Assembly (NCBI GenBank): GCA_965215275.1 | Contig: OZ244044.1 | Span: 1,856,001 to 1,920,000 of the forward strand | Length of the DNA stretch: 64,000 nucleotides | Reading direction: 5' to 3' | DNA from: Thermodesulfobacteriota bacterium | Lineage (GTDB): Bacteria > Desulfobacterota_D > UBA1144 > Nemesobacterales > JAJCZQ01 | In this document: in pieces, positions 23,587 to 33,429 of the stretch | How the letters are laid out: each line of letters begins with the position of its first letter | How positions within the stretch are numbered: the first letter of the stretch is position 1 | The notes under the pieces: model-generated | Database searches by the model: none | What the model was told of the DNA's origin: nothing | Seen by the model: the letters and a program-made list of their open reading frames with translations, nothing else | Position numbers and translations under genes: made by a program

Positions 23587-23657
23587 GACAGATCAACTCT
23601 CGTATTTAAGTAAAACATAAATAACACTGCTTTTTCTCTTAAGTAACAAAAGAACGT

Positions 23658-24794
23658 TTATATTGGATCTTTCAGGAGATGGTCCCAGTATTTATAAACC
23701 AGATTGTTCGAGTAAGCCTTCAGCACATAGTCCCTGATATTTGAAAACAACCTGTTGTTCGAATAAACAAGTTTACTCATCATCCTTGATTGATTCTGGA
23801 CTTTATTAACTCTCGGTCTTCTTCTTAACTCGTATTGCTTAAGTGCATGGGAAATGTACCTGGAATCAGCTCTGCACAGTTCCTCAGCTATTACTGCCGC
23901 CGACTCCATTGCCATGGACACTCCAGCTCCCGCGTTAGGAAGAACTGCGTGAGCAGAATCTCCAACCAGAACCACTCTGTTATTGTGCCAGCTGTCCATT
24001 TGAAGGTCGTTATAGGAATCAAAATATATATCTTCAGGATCTGAAAGATGTTTAAGCATCTCAGGCACTATACCACCGAAGTCCTTGAAGCATTCCTTAA
24101 TTCTGTCGATCCTGGTATCTGGATCATCCTCATTATCTTCTACCATCTTGACACTTGTAAATACTGAAAGCCTGCCCTTCGTCGGCCAAACGCCAATGAA
24201 CTTACCTTTCCCCCAGTATTCCACTATACCGTCAGATTTTGAAATATAGGGGTCCACCCAGAATCCCCATCCTGACATTCCGCTGTACGTCAATGGAACG
24301 TCCCCAAAGACCTGGCTTCTTGTTCTGGACCTGATCCCGTCACACCCGATCACCAGATCATATTCTTCAGATACGCCACCATTGAAGTGAACCTCTACAA
24401 CGTCCCTACCCTGCTCTATTTTCTCAACGGTCGAGTTCATATTAAGGACTTCAGGATCAACTGCCTTTACAAGCGTGTCTATGAGTTCAGGTCTGTATAT
24501 GCTTATTATCGGACCATATTTTTCAATAACAGGGTCTATGGTGTAAGTCTTTATCATCTCCCCTTTGTAATTTGACACATAATAACTGGTGAACTGGCAA
24601 CCTTCTTCAAGTAAACGTTCATAGATACCAAGCCCTTTAAGAACTCTGCTTCCCGAAGGCCAGATCACTATTACATAGCCAGCCTTTCCATATTCAGGAG
24701 TTCTCTCCACCAACTTGGGAGCAAACCCTCTTCGTTGAAGCAGTCCAGCAAGAGTTAATCCTGCAACCCCACCTCCTATGATGAGTATCTTCAT
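23658..24794 (-). CDS. FAD-dependent monooxygenase
   Basis: IIGGGVAGL, GCDGIRS and VLVGDSAHA...GAG motifs; the start may lie up to 24875. Confidence 0.92.
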   Translation of the reverse strand: MKILIIGGGVAGLTLAGLLQRRGFAPKLVERTPEYGKAGYVIVIWPSGSRVLKGLGIYERLLEEGCQFTSYYVSNYKGEMIKTYTIDPVIEKYGPIISIYRPELIDTLVKAVDPEVLNMNSTVEKIEQGRDVVEVHFNGGVSEEYDLVIGCDGIRSRTRSQVFGDVPLTYSGMSGWGFWVDPYISKSDGIVEYWGKGKFIGVWPTKGRLSVFTSVKMVEDNEDDPDTRIDRIKECFKDFGGIVPEMLKHLSDPEDIYFDSYNDLQMDSWHNNRVVLVGDSAHAVLPNAGAGVSMAMESAAVIAEELCRADSRYISHALKQYELRRRPRVNKVQNQSRMMSKLVYSNNRLFSNIRDYVLKAYSNNLVYKYWDHLLKDPI

Positions 24795-24942
24795 GTCAGG
24801 ACCATACCTCACTCCCCTATTTGAACCGGTCTTACCTGTGCCGCTGTTCTGCATAACAAAACAATTATACCACATGAGATCGACTTTCCTCTAACCACAA
24901 CTGACTTTTTCCTTTGTAAATACCGTGATAAAATACTCCATT

Positions 24943-25485
24943 ATGTCTTCTGTACTGGAGATCGTCGAACTTGGAAATCCAATACTCAGAGAAACAGCAA
25001 AAGAGGTTAATAATATTGATGCCCCTGAGATCCAAGAGTTGATCGACCATATGATGCTTACAGTTAAAAAAGTTAACGGCGTAGGTCTGGCTGCCCCACA
25101 GGTCAATAAAAATTTGAGAATTTTTGTAATGTCACCTGGTCCAAACCCAAGATATCCGGATGCTCCTTACATGGCACCACAGGAAATAATAAATCCTCAC
25201 ATAACGAAAAAGTCAGCAGATACAGAAAGTATTGAATGGGAAGGTTGTCTCAGCATACCCGGCATACGCGGTCTTGTCCCAAGGCACAGGGAAATACAGG
25301 TAAGGTATTTAAACAGACACGGAGAGGAAAAATTTGATATTTTCAGTGATTTTATTGCCCGGATCTTTCAACATGAACTCGATCATCTGAATGGTCTGGT
25401 TTTTCTGGACAGGATTAGAAGTAACAAGGATATCATTACAGAAAGTGAGTACATTAAACTTATTAAAACAAGAGAACGACAATGA
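24943..25485 (+). CDS. def: Peptide deformylase
   Basis: GVGLAAPQV, EGCLS and QHELDHLNG motifs. Confidence 0.97.
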   Translation: MSSVLEIVELGNPILRETAKEVNNIDAPEIQELIDHMMLTVKKVNGVGLAAPQVNKNLRIFVMSPGPNPRYPDAPYMAPQEIINPHITKKSADTESIEWEGCLSIPGIRGLVPRHREIQVRYLNRHGEEKFDIFSDFIARIFQHELDHLNGLVFLDRIRSNKDIITESEYIKLIKTRERQ

Positions 25486-25658
25486 AAGACAAAAACCGAC
25501 ATTATGCACTTCTCAGCAAGTTACTGCCTAAAAAACCTTGCTTCTGATCAAGTATTGCTGGAATTTCAGAAATATAACGTCACTGGTTTACTGAACGAGA
25601 ATAAAAACTATCTATTTAAGTTGAGAATAATTGATAATCATATAAAATTGAGTTCTAT

Positions 25659-26987
25659 ATGAGTGACTACCCTCCCGGATTAGATTCCGCAATCAATCAT
25701 AATTTTTTTGATGCAGTATTTCAGAGAAGGTCCCGAAGGTTCGGGCTCGGCATGGAGATAGAAAAAGGGCCCCTTAAATATAGATCGAAGCACGAACCTT
25801 TTCCTCTCAGTGAACTTGAAGAGGCAATAATCGTCTGGACAGGATTAGGAATTAAGAATATAAACCTCTCTGATTTTCCTCCTCATGTAGGACTTGATCT
25901 CGAGATGCAGTTTACAAGTAAAACTATTCCTGCACTTGGAGATGTTCACAGAACTGAACTTTTTTATACCAACGACAACGGCCTGTACATGGTCAAAATG
26001 CACGACAAACTTGCTCATGAATTTGAAGGCTTAGAGAAAATGACAAGGTCCCGGAGAATTGACAAAATACTTGAACTATTTAAAGAATCACGAATAAAAC
26101 TCCAGGATGGAAGAGCTGATCTGCCAACTCAGCCACCGGGAATTGCGGCACACAACCTCTGGAACGTCAATAAGCCTGGTACCACGCTTTTCATGCCAGT
26201 AACGGACCTTTCTGCTTGTATTATTAATTTGTACTTTTTCTATATGAGAGCTGACCACAGATTTAACTTTGTGGACGAACTTCATGGATTAAGACATCCG
26301 GGAACTTCCGAATGGATAAAAAGAGGCTTAATTGACGAAGGTAAAAGAATGCCGCTCGTTGAAGCGGAACTGCGATTTGCCAATGGATATATAGCCGAGC
26401 AGGCATTTATGGGACAGAACATGGTGCTTACCCTGCAAACACTTGGACTTGGAGGATGGCTGTTCAGTGGATTTGCCAGCATGTTCATGCTTGGAGGAAC
26501 TCCGTTCAATAAAGGACTTGGATTCAGATTTATAACCCCTGATATAAAAGGAAACACAGGAAATCCAAATCCAGTGGCAGTTGGCAGAGACGACCTGTTC
26601 CATTCATTCTGCCCACCTTACTACAAGGACATGAATGAAGCCGTTGAAGCTTTCAATGATCTAAAGTGGACTAACTGGGAATCGCATCCAATGCCTTATA
26701 AAAATCCCGAAGCAGTTATAAAGGATATTGAAAGACCTTCCAGGGAAGAAATACAGATCGTTAAGGACATCTGCAGCTATATCTACGACACTTATGGCAG
26801 ATTTCCAGCTTTCTCTGACCCTATGTTTCTACGGTTCATGGTTCAGGCACATCATCTTGATCTCGATTTTTACGATAAATTTTATCCTCCCGGAGCATAC
26901 ACCGAAACGCACAAAGATCATTTCAAACTCTGGCACCCTGAAGTTAAAGACCCCTTTTCGGGTGATAATATAGAACAAAGCAACTAA
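25659..26987 (+). CDS. Hypothetical protein, possible nitroreductase-like fold
   Basis: N-terminal RRSRRF and QNMVLTLQTLGLGGW resemble nitroreductase FMN-binding motifs. Confidence 0.6.
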   Translation: MSDYPPGLDSAINHNFFDAVFQRRSRRFGLGMEIEKGPLKYRSKHEPFPLSELEEAIIVWTGLGIKNINLSDFPPHVGLDLEMQFTSKTIPALGDVHRTELFYTNDNGLYMVKMHDKLAHEFEGLEKMTRSRRIDKILELFKESRIKLQDGRADLPTQPPGIAAHNLWNVNKPGTTLFMPVTDLSACIINLYFFYMRADHRFNFVDELHGLRHPGTSEWIKRGLIDEGKRMPLVEAELRFANGYIAEQAFMGQNMVLTLQTLGLGGWLFSGFASMFMLGGTPFNKGLGFRFITPDIKGNTGNPNPVAVGRDDLFHSFCPPYYKDMNEAVEAFNDLKWTNWESHPMPYKNPEAVIKDIERPSREEIQIVKDICSYIYDTYGRFPAFSDPMFLRFMVQAHHLDLDFYDKFYPPGAYTETHKDHFKLWHPEVKDPFSGDNIEQSN

Positions 26988-27799
26988 AGCCCTTGTTCAT
27001 AATCCTTTACTATCCTGCTCACCGTCGAGTAGTGTAGTGAAAAATGATCAGCCAGCTGTTTAAGTGTGTAATCACCACTCAGATATGCTCTTGCAATTGC
27101 GATCTCTTTTGAATCCGATGAACTTACATATTGCTGAATTAAAGCAGACCTCTGTACCTTTGGTATTTCCGTTATATTTTTTTCCTTATCTATATACCTC
27201 TGCACATCATTTATAAACTTCTCATCTCCCAGGAAAACCTGTTTTGTTACCTGATTCAAAATATCTTCCTTTGAACCCACTTTGTCTGAAAATTCTGCTC
27301 TCACGTCATTAAAAAGTCCATTCACATAATTTTTATCAAACCAGTCTGGACATTCTTCTTTATCAAACATGTACTTACAACTGCTCCATTTAAACTGATG
27401 AGGCAACCTTACAAATCCTGATCCCACAGGACAAAATAAAATATATTTAATTAAATCTGCAAGGTACTTATCTTTCTGGATCAGAACTGATTCATACCGG
27501 CCTCGAAAAACGTGTCCATCCCTTCCATGCCTTCTGTTAAAGTTCTGTGTATAAATACCGTTTAACTGTCTCATCCCCTTGGACAGAGTGGGCTTTGGCG
27601 TTTCAATAACTACCATGTACTTATAGCTCATAAGACAATAGGAATAGCAAATCCAGCCAAATCTGCTGCAAACATTCTTAAAAACTTCTAACCATGCTTT
27701 AGCGTCTTCCGACCCCAGGAATATTTCCTGCGAAGCATTACCCTTTGAAGTAATAAAATAAACAGCACCGGGAAACTCTATTCTTAATGGACGTGCCAT
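26984..27799 (-). CDS. REP-associated tyrosine transposase (Y1/RAYT)-like protein with degenerate HUH motif
   Basis: MARPLRIEFPGAVY, GHVFRGRY, KWSS and a C-terminal HTH; YCLMSYKYM stands where YCLMxNHxH is expected. Confidence 0.85.
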   Translation of the reverse strand: MARPLRIEFPGAVYFITSKGNASQEIFLGSEDAKAWLEVFKNVCSRFGWICYSYCLMSYKYMVVIETPKPTLSKGMRQLNGIYTQNFNRRHGRDGHVFRGRYESVLIQKDKYLADLIKYILFCPVGSGFVRLPHQFKWSSCKYMFDKEECPDWFDKNYVNGLFNDVRAEFSDKVGSKEDILNQVTKQVFLGDEKFINDVQRYIDKEKNITEIPKVQRSALIQQYVSSSDSKEIAIARAYLSGDYTLKQLADHFSLHYSTVSRIVKDYEQGL

Positions 27800-27941
27800 A
27801 GGTCTATATTAACCAATAATGTATTTAACAGAAAGACTTGACCCCTAATATACCACACATTTATAATTATGAACATGATTATAATACTGTTCTGCATTCG
27901 ACAGATAACACACCATAGTACAGATAAATAAGTGTCTTTTT

Positions 27942-29207
27942 TTAGAAATTTGAAATATTCAGATTAAATGCAATAAGGTTATCATTAAGAAAATCAAGGT
28001 CTTTAGGCAGTATATCCGTGTCAAGCTCCTGAAGGTCTCCCCATCTATTTGCGAACTGAAGTGCCTCCCTTGTATTTCCTCTGCTAAAGATCTCCATCAT
28101 CTTCTCACATAATTCATCTATATCATCAGACAGACGTTCGAAATCAATAAAATGAACGTTATTTCTTTTAATTTTTATTGCTCCGCTATCCAGAAAGTAT
28201 TTATAAGCCAGATAAGCTGAACCTCCATCGGTATATTTTAGGAAGTTTCCTCTTCTCATGTACCTGAAAGCCTCGGCAAGAAATACCATAAAAACGATCT
28301 CTAGTTCACTCTTATCAAGCAGCTTTTCATAGTTGTTCTTAAGTATATGTAGAGACACGATATCTGATTTCAGTTCATGCAGGACGTAATAAATTCTTCT
28401 ATTGTCCCGCATATTATCAACAAAATTATCCTCTCCGAAGAAATGACCGAGATCATGCCCTCTGAGCCAGAAAATAAGAATTCTGTTCAACGTTTGCTGA
28501 CTTATATTCCCCAGATCATAAAAGTTCTCTATAAATTTACTGCCGAGTCTCTCGGATATGATTTTGTATCTTTTATAATAGACGTTAGTAAATAACACCA
28601 CATGAAACTGCGACAATGATGGCTTTGATCGGTAACCGGAGTAAAAAATTGATATAGGCTTATAGTACTTATTGAACTCTCCTCCAAATGCAATAACATC
28701 AATGCAGGTAATTTCAGACTTGTTTTTCAAAAAAAACTCTCTGCTCTTATCTGCAATGAAAGGAAATCTTAAATATGCATTCTCGGCAATTTTATCGTAT
28801 CTTTGAAGTAACCTGACAGACTCTTCGTTTTTAATTCCAAAAGCCCCTCCAAACCTTTTTCTATAATTGTTCTCAGGAGAAAAAACTTTTCCAAATACGA
28901 GACCCAAAGACATTGATGGATAGTTTATTAACTCAATATCAAACGTTCCAGCGGCAATCTTATCAAGCTTGTGACCTAACTTTACTTGGTCACTCTTATC
29001 AATTCCTTCTATTCCATCTCTTATTGTCTCAATTATTTTTCCGTAGTAATAATCTTCCCAGTTCAGAGATTGTCTGTCCTGTTTGCCCAGTTCGTTCAGA
29101 ATATTAAGATAGCCCAATACGCGGTAGAGAGAACTCAAGGTCCTTTGATTGAGGTTATCAAGGTTGTAGTTAAAGGTTACATTGGAGGTCAGTTTGTAAC
29201 TATTCAT
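27942..29207 (-). CDS. Peptidase M49 (DPP III)-like protein
   Basis: HDLGH followed by HELKSD, spaced like HExxH...EExKAD. Confidence 0.55.
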   Translation of the reverse strand: MNSYKLTSNVTFNYNLDNLNQRTLSSLYRVLGYLNILNELGKQDRQSLNWEDYYYGKIIETIRDGIEGIDKSDQVKLGHKLDKIAAGTFDIELINYPSMSLGLVFGKVFSPENNYRKRFGGAFGIKNEESVRLLQRYDKIAENAYLRFPFIADKSREFFLKNKSEITCIDVIAFGGEFNKYYKPISIFYSGYRSKPSLSQFHVVLFTNVYYKRYKIISERLGSKFIENFYDLGNISQQTLNRILIFWLRGHDLGHFFGEDNFVDNMRDNRRIYYVLHELKSDIVSLHILKNNYEKLLDKSELEIVFMVFLAEAFRYMRRGNFLKYTDGGSAYLAYKYFLDSGAIKIKRNNVHFIDFERLSDDIDELCEKMMEIFSRGNTREALQFANRWGDLQELDTDILPKDLDFLNDNLIAFNLNISNF

Positions 29208-29632
29208 CAGATGATTATATGAAAACTGGTTTATAGGAAAAGAAAACTCATCCGCAGAATGTAGCTATATACCAGTTCTTTTCAACAAACTAATAATTAA
29301 TATAAAAAACCAAGCTATAAACTTTCTAGGCTTGCCATTAATAAGGATATATAGATCTTTTCCATTGAAAACATACACTATTTGACGTCATTCTTCCAGC
29401 AATGACCGATAGGCATGTTACTTGAAAAATTAGTTTTTTTTCAACGCCTTTAAAGGAATCACATCACCATGTTTTTATGTGAGACATTACTTCCGTTCAT
29501 CGTTTGGCATTGGAGTCACAATTGCTGTTATTCGTATCTTGGCCTTCAACATCATTCGTTCGTCAAGTTCAAGACTAGGCAAAAACTGCTTCGACCTTCA
29601 TGAAAATGTATTGAAGTTCAGATAAAAAAGAC

Positions 29633-29651
29633 CTGTGGAAGAGGTAGCATA
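29633..29651 (+). repeat. 19-bp direct repeat, copy 1 (copy 2 at 30746-30764)
   Basis: CTGTGGAAGAGGTAGCATA occurs on both sides of the methyltransferase gene. Confidence 0.8.
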
Positions 29652-29804
29652 AGGCGTTATCGGCAATGACTTGCTTGCAAAAATTCAGAAATGAGCTATA
29701 ATATTTTTTTCTCATCATTAAACGATTCATATAAAATACTATCTATATTAAACTGATATTTTAGTTATGTTTTTACCATTTATTATCACTTTGAATGAAT
29801 AACT

Positions 29805-30515
29805 ATGCTTCACCTTATTCGTACGTGTTTCAGTATTGTTCTAAAAGCAATATATTATTGTGTAAAAGGAATGTATTGCCCAGTATGCGAAAGATCATCC
29901 AGAGAGTTTATTCCTATTAATAATAGAAAAAATGTTAAATGCCCAATATGCGGTTCCCGTGAAAGGCATCGCTTTTTATATTTTTTCCTTTTAAACATAT
30001 ATCTTACCCCCCCCCTTCCATCCGTAAAAGTGCTTCATATTGCCCCAGAGGTGTGCCTTGCACAAAAGTTAAAGGAAAAGTTTGGTAAAGGGTACTTGTC
30101 CGCTGGTCTAAGTGACCGAGACGTGATGGTAGAAATGGATATAACTAACATCAAATATCCAGACCGGTCTTTTGACCTGATCATTTGCAGTCATGTACTG
30201 GAACATATTCAGGATGATAAAAAAGCTATAAGCGAACTATACAGAGTACTAAAGGATAACAGCATGGCTATAATACTATTTCCGATCTCAACTCAAAAAA
30301 CATTTGAGGACCCATCAATAACCGACCCTGAAGAACGCTTCACAACCTTTGGTCAACATAATTATGTTCGGATATGCGGAAAAGATTATATAGACAGAAT
30401 ACGCGATGCTGGATTTCACGTGGAAACTGTTACACAAGATATACTTTTTTCGGATACGGAGATTATAAAATTTGGAATACCTAAGGGAACACGGATTTTT
30501 TTAGCACAAAAATAA
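29805..30515 (+). CDS. Class I SAM-dependent methyltransferase with N-terminal Zn ribbon
   Basis: CPVC...CPICGSRERHR, LHIAPE, FDLIICSHVLEHI; in-frame C9 run at 30007-30015. Confidence 0.9.
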   Translation: MLHLIRTCFSIVLKAIYYCVKGMYCPVCERSSREFIPINNRKNVKCPICGSRERHRFLYFFLLNIYLTPPLPSVKVLHIAPEVCLAQKLKEKFGKGYLSAGLSDRDVMVEMDITNIKYPDRSFDLIICSHVLEHIQDDKKAISELYRVLKDNSMAIILFPISTQKTFEDPSITDPEERFTTFGQHNYVRICGKDYIDRIRDAGFHVETVTQDILFSDTEIIKFGIPKGTRIFLAQK

Positions 30516-30745
30516 CATGCCAAGTGAGACTTTTCACCATAAGATCTGGCAGTCTCTTTTCCAAATTTTCTTTGAATTAAATCCAAAATACAACAACGAC
30601 ATTGGGACTACGACCCTTACCCTTGTATTTACTAGACTTCTGGCACTCCTCCAGTTTCGTAAGGTCTTCGGTTTCGGCGTAGTCTGGAAATGCTAAATCA
30701 GATTTATAACTTTAAGAGAAGACTGGTCTATAGAAATGAAAGGAT

Positions 30746-30764
30746 CTGTGGAAGAGGTAGCATA
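30746..30764 (+). repeat. 19-bp direct repeat, copy 2
   Basis: Identical to 29633-29651. Confidence 0.8.
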
Positions 30765-30950
30765 TTTAATTAATCAGTTTGGCAAGTAAATAGCAATTAG
30801 TTATATTAAAACTAATGAATATTCTTATATAAAGGAAACTTTATATGGGGTGGGACAGCTAAAATGGGGAATAACGCTCCCGATGGTTGCTAATAATATT
30901 TAAAACAGAAGGGAATTGAGGGACTCTGTACTCATAACGATATAGGTAGA

Positions 30951-31111
30951 TTTTTGTCAACTCTCCCATATAATTCCCTTTCTATGGAAGAGGTAATGGA
31001 TGCTATATTTGTTAAACAAAAGGCTATTATCAAGGCAAGAAAACTTAAAAATAAATTAAAAGTTAATGATAACAAGTAGTTAGAGCTTTTGGGTAATTAA
31101 ATATAGTCCCC
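30951..31111 (+). mobile_element. Nested IS1595 relics: a MITE-1-type end abutting the truncated 3' half of a MITE-2 element
   Basis: TTTTTGTCAACTCTCCCATATAATTCCC ends at 30978; 30979-31111 is nearly the reverse complement of 47208-47343. Confidence 0.8.
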
Positions 31112-31164
31112 TTATTATTATCACTATTTACGGTTAAGCATAATAATACACCGACTTTGTTAAA

Positions 31165-33015
31165 ATGAAAAACAACCTCAAGGATTATCTCGATTTAAAA
31201 TTAGAGCATAAAAAGCCACCGCTCTCAATAGAAAAGTATAGTGATAGTATAGAAGAGGTTAATTCATATAATTTGCAAGATATCCAAGAGCCCTGGATAA
31301 GTTTTTTGCTGGTTGTTTATAATGAAGATGAGTTATTATTCAGAGCGTTGAGTTCTATAACATGTGCCAAATCAGGGTCGTATGAAATAGTAGTTGTTGA
31401 TAATGGTCTATCCGAACCAGCTAAAGAGAAGTTACGGTCCTATTCCCTAAAGCATATTGTTATGAATAAAAACGTGGGATGTGGAACGGGAAGGAACATA
31501 GGGAGTTTATACTGCAATGCACCCGTTATTTTTTTTGTTGATGCCGATGGTTATCTTGAAGACGTGGACATAGCGTTTGATAAGGTTCAAGTTCTGATGA
31601 ATGACGCTAAATTAGTGGCAATTAGAGGTAAGGTAAAACAGATCCATACCGGTTTGATTAGAATTGAACCGTGTCATTATGATTTAGGAGATGAAGTTAT
31701 TCCTTGCTGTATAAATGCTGAATGTGTCTCAATGTTCAAGAGGAAGGATTTTATTGAGGTGGGAGGTTTTGAGGATGGTATGGTGGGACACGAGGGTACA
31801 TTTTTGTGTTTTAGAATGGTTGAGTTCTATGGATATGACAAGGATTCTTTTCTTTATGATCCGGAATTAGTTTTATTTCATAATTACTATAATAATTTAA
31901 AACATATATTATCAAAGAAACAGAGGAATAGACATTTATCTTATATATTAACTCTGAAGTACCCACTTATAAAAAATTTTTGTCATTATTATGTAAATAA
32001 TAAGGGTAAGCCAATAAATAAGGGGTATTTAGTAAGGTTTAACCTATTTTTAGACAGGTTAATAAATTACTGGATACGCATGAAGGGTGACAAATATTTG
32101 ATATATATCATGGGACAAAACAATTATAGTTCAAGAAACCTGTCTGTATCCAAGTTCACCGTAGTAATTACCTCTTACAATAAAGGGAAATGGCTGAAGC
32201 AGGCAATTAACTCAGTTCTTAGCCAAACGTTGCAGGATGTGCAACTTATAGTAGTTGATGATTGTTCAGACGACCCTGAAACAATTAAGGTTCTGAACCA
32301 GATTTCAAAGGATGTTCATGTAATAAGACTGGATAAGAACAGAGGAGTTTCAGCAGCTCGTAATGAAGGAATAAGGAATGCAGATTCTGAATATATATGT
32401 TGTCTTGACGGGGATGATTATTTGGAACCGACCTATTTAGAGAAAGCAAGGAACGTGTTTGAAAACTATAAAGATGTTGGAATAGTGGCTTCTTCAATGA
32501 AAAGGTTTGGAGATGTTACCTCAATGTGGAAAATACAAGAAGATGAGACAAGTTTATTTAGAATGTTATGTAGTAATTGTATACCTTCAGCGTCTTGCTT
32601 CAGACGAGAGGTATCCGTTAAAGTGGGGATGTATGATGAAGGATTGAAGAGCCATGAAGATTGGGAGCACTGGATAAATATAGTTAAAGATGGATGGAAG
32701 GTAAAAGTAATACCTGAATATTTAATTAACTATAGAATATATAAAGGTTCAAAGTATGTTAATAACGCCAATAAGGCAAATGTTTATTATTCCTACATCA
32801 TAAATAAGCACAGAAAGTTATATGAAAAACATTGGGTTGAGGTCTTGTCCATAAAGCATCTGCAAACTAGTGATAGGCTAGTAGAAAATAACAGATTACG
32901 AAGTTTCCTGTTATTACGGATTATGTTTTGGATATGGTTTAATGTACTCAAGAGATTTCTCCCTGAAGGTCTGCAGAAGTTAATATACAAATTATTGATG
33001 ATAATTGCTCTATAA
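31165..33015 (+). CDS. Double-domain glycosyltransferase family 2 protein
   Basis: Two GT-A domains (VVVDNG...FVDADG and VVDDCSDD...CLDGDD...HEDW); AT-rich. Confidence 0.92.
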   Translation: MKNNLKDYLDLKLEHKKPPLSIEKYSDSIEEVNSYNLQDIQEPWISFLLVVYNEDELLFRALSSITCAKSGSYEIVVVDNGLSEPAKEKLRSYSLKHIVMNKNVGCGTGRNIGSLYCNAPVIFFVDADGYLEDVDIAFDKVQVLMNDAKLVAIRGKVKQIHTGLIRIEPCHYDLGDEVIPCCINAECVSMFKRKDFIEVGGFEDGMVGHEGTFLCFRMVEFYGYDKDSFLYDPELVLFHNYYNNLKHILSKKQRNRHLSYILTLKYPLIKNFCHYYVNNKGKPINKGYLVRFNLFLDRLINYWIRMKGDKYLIYIMGQNNYSSRNLSVSKFTVVITSYNKGKWLKQAINSVLSQTLQDVQLIVVDDCSDDPETIKVLNQISKDVHVIRLDKNRGVSAARNEGIRNADSEYICCLDGDDYLEPTYLEKARNVFENYKDVGIVASSMKRFGDVTSMWKIQEDETSLFRMLCSNCIPSASCFRREVSVKVGMYDEGLKSHEDWEHWINIVKDGWKVKVIPEYLINYRIYKGSKYVNNANKANVYYSYIINKHRKLYEKHWVEVLSIKHLQTSDRLVENNRLRSFLLLRIMFWIWFNVLKRFLPEGLQKLIYKLLMIIAL

Positions 33016-33429
33016 AGGAATCCAGTGCCTGGATTAAGATTAGTCAGCTAAAGACGGGAACGACGCTTCCTATTTTATACATGTCCACGGGACGGAAAAA
33101 ACGCTGACCTCTACCGTTGTAATCAAACTGTTTCATAAGTTTATTGGTCGTGACGATTTGTTTATTAGATTTAACAAAGATAAAAAACTATGCAATCATC
33201 CGTAACAATAACAGTTTTAAGATACATAATAGTGATTTTATCAAGGAAGAAAAAACAGTTATTGCCTTTATTTTCTTTATAACTAAGATAGCTGAGAAGG
33301 ATAACAAAATCAGTACCATTATTATAATTTAGACGATTCTGTGTCAAGTTTTGATCAAACATTTTTACCAAGGTCATACCTCTTATAAGAGTGATTTGAA
33401 ATTCTTTCAGAATTGGAGGAATAGAACCT

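Noticed and set aside
29360..29620. Possible ISAs1-like transposase remnant (IAVIRILAFNIIR)
   Set aside because: Resemblance too short and interrupted to support without a search.
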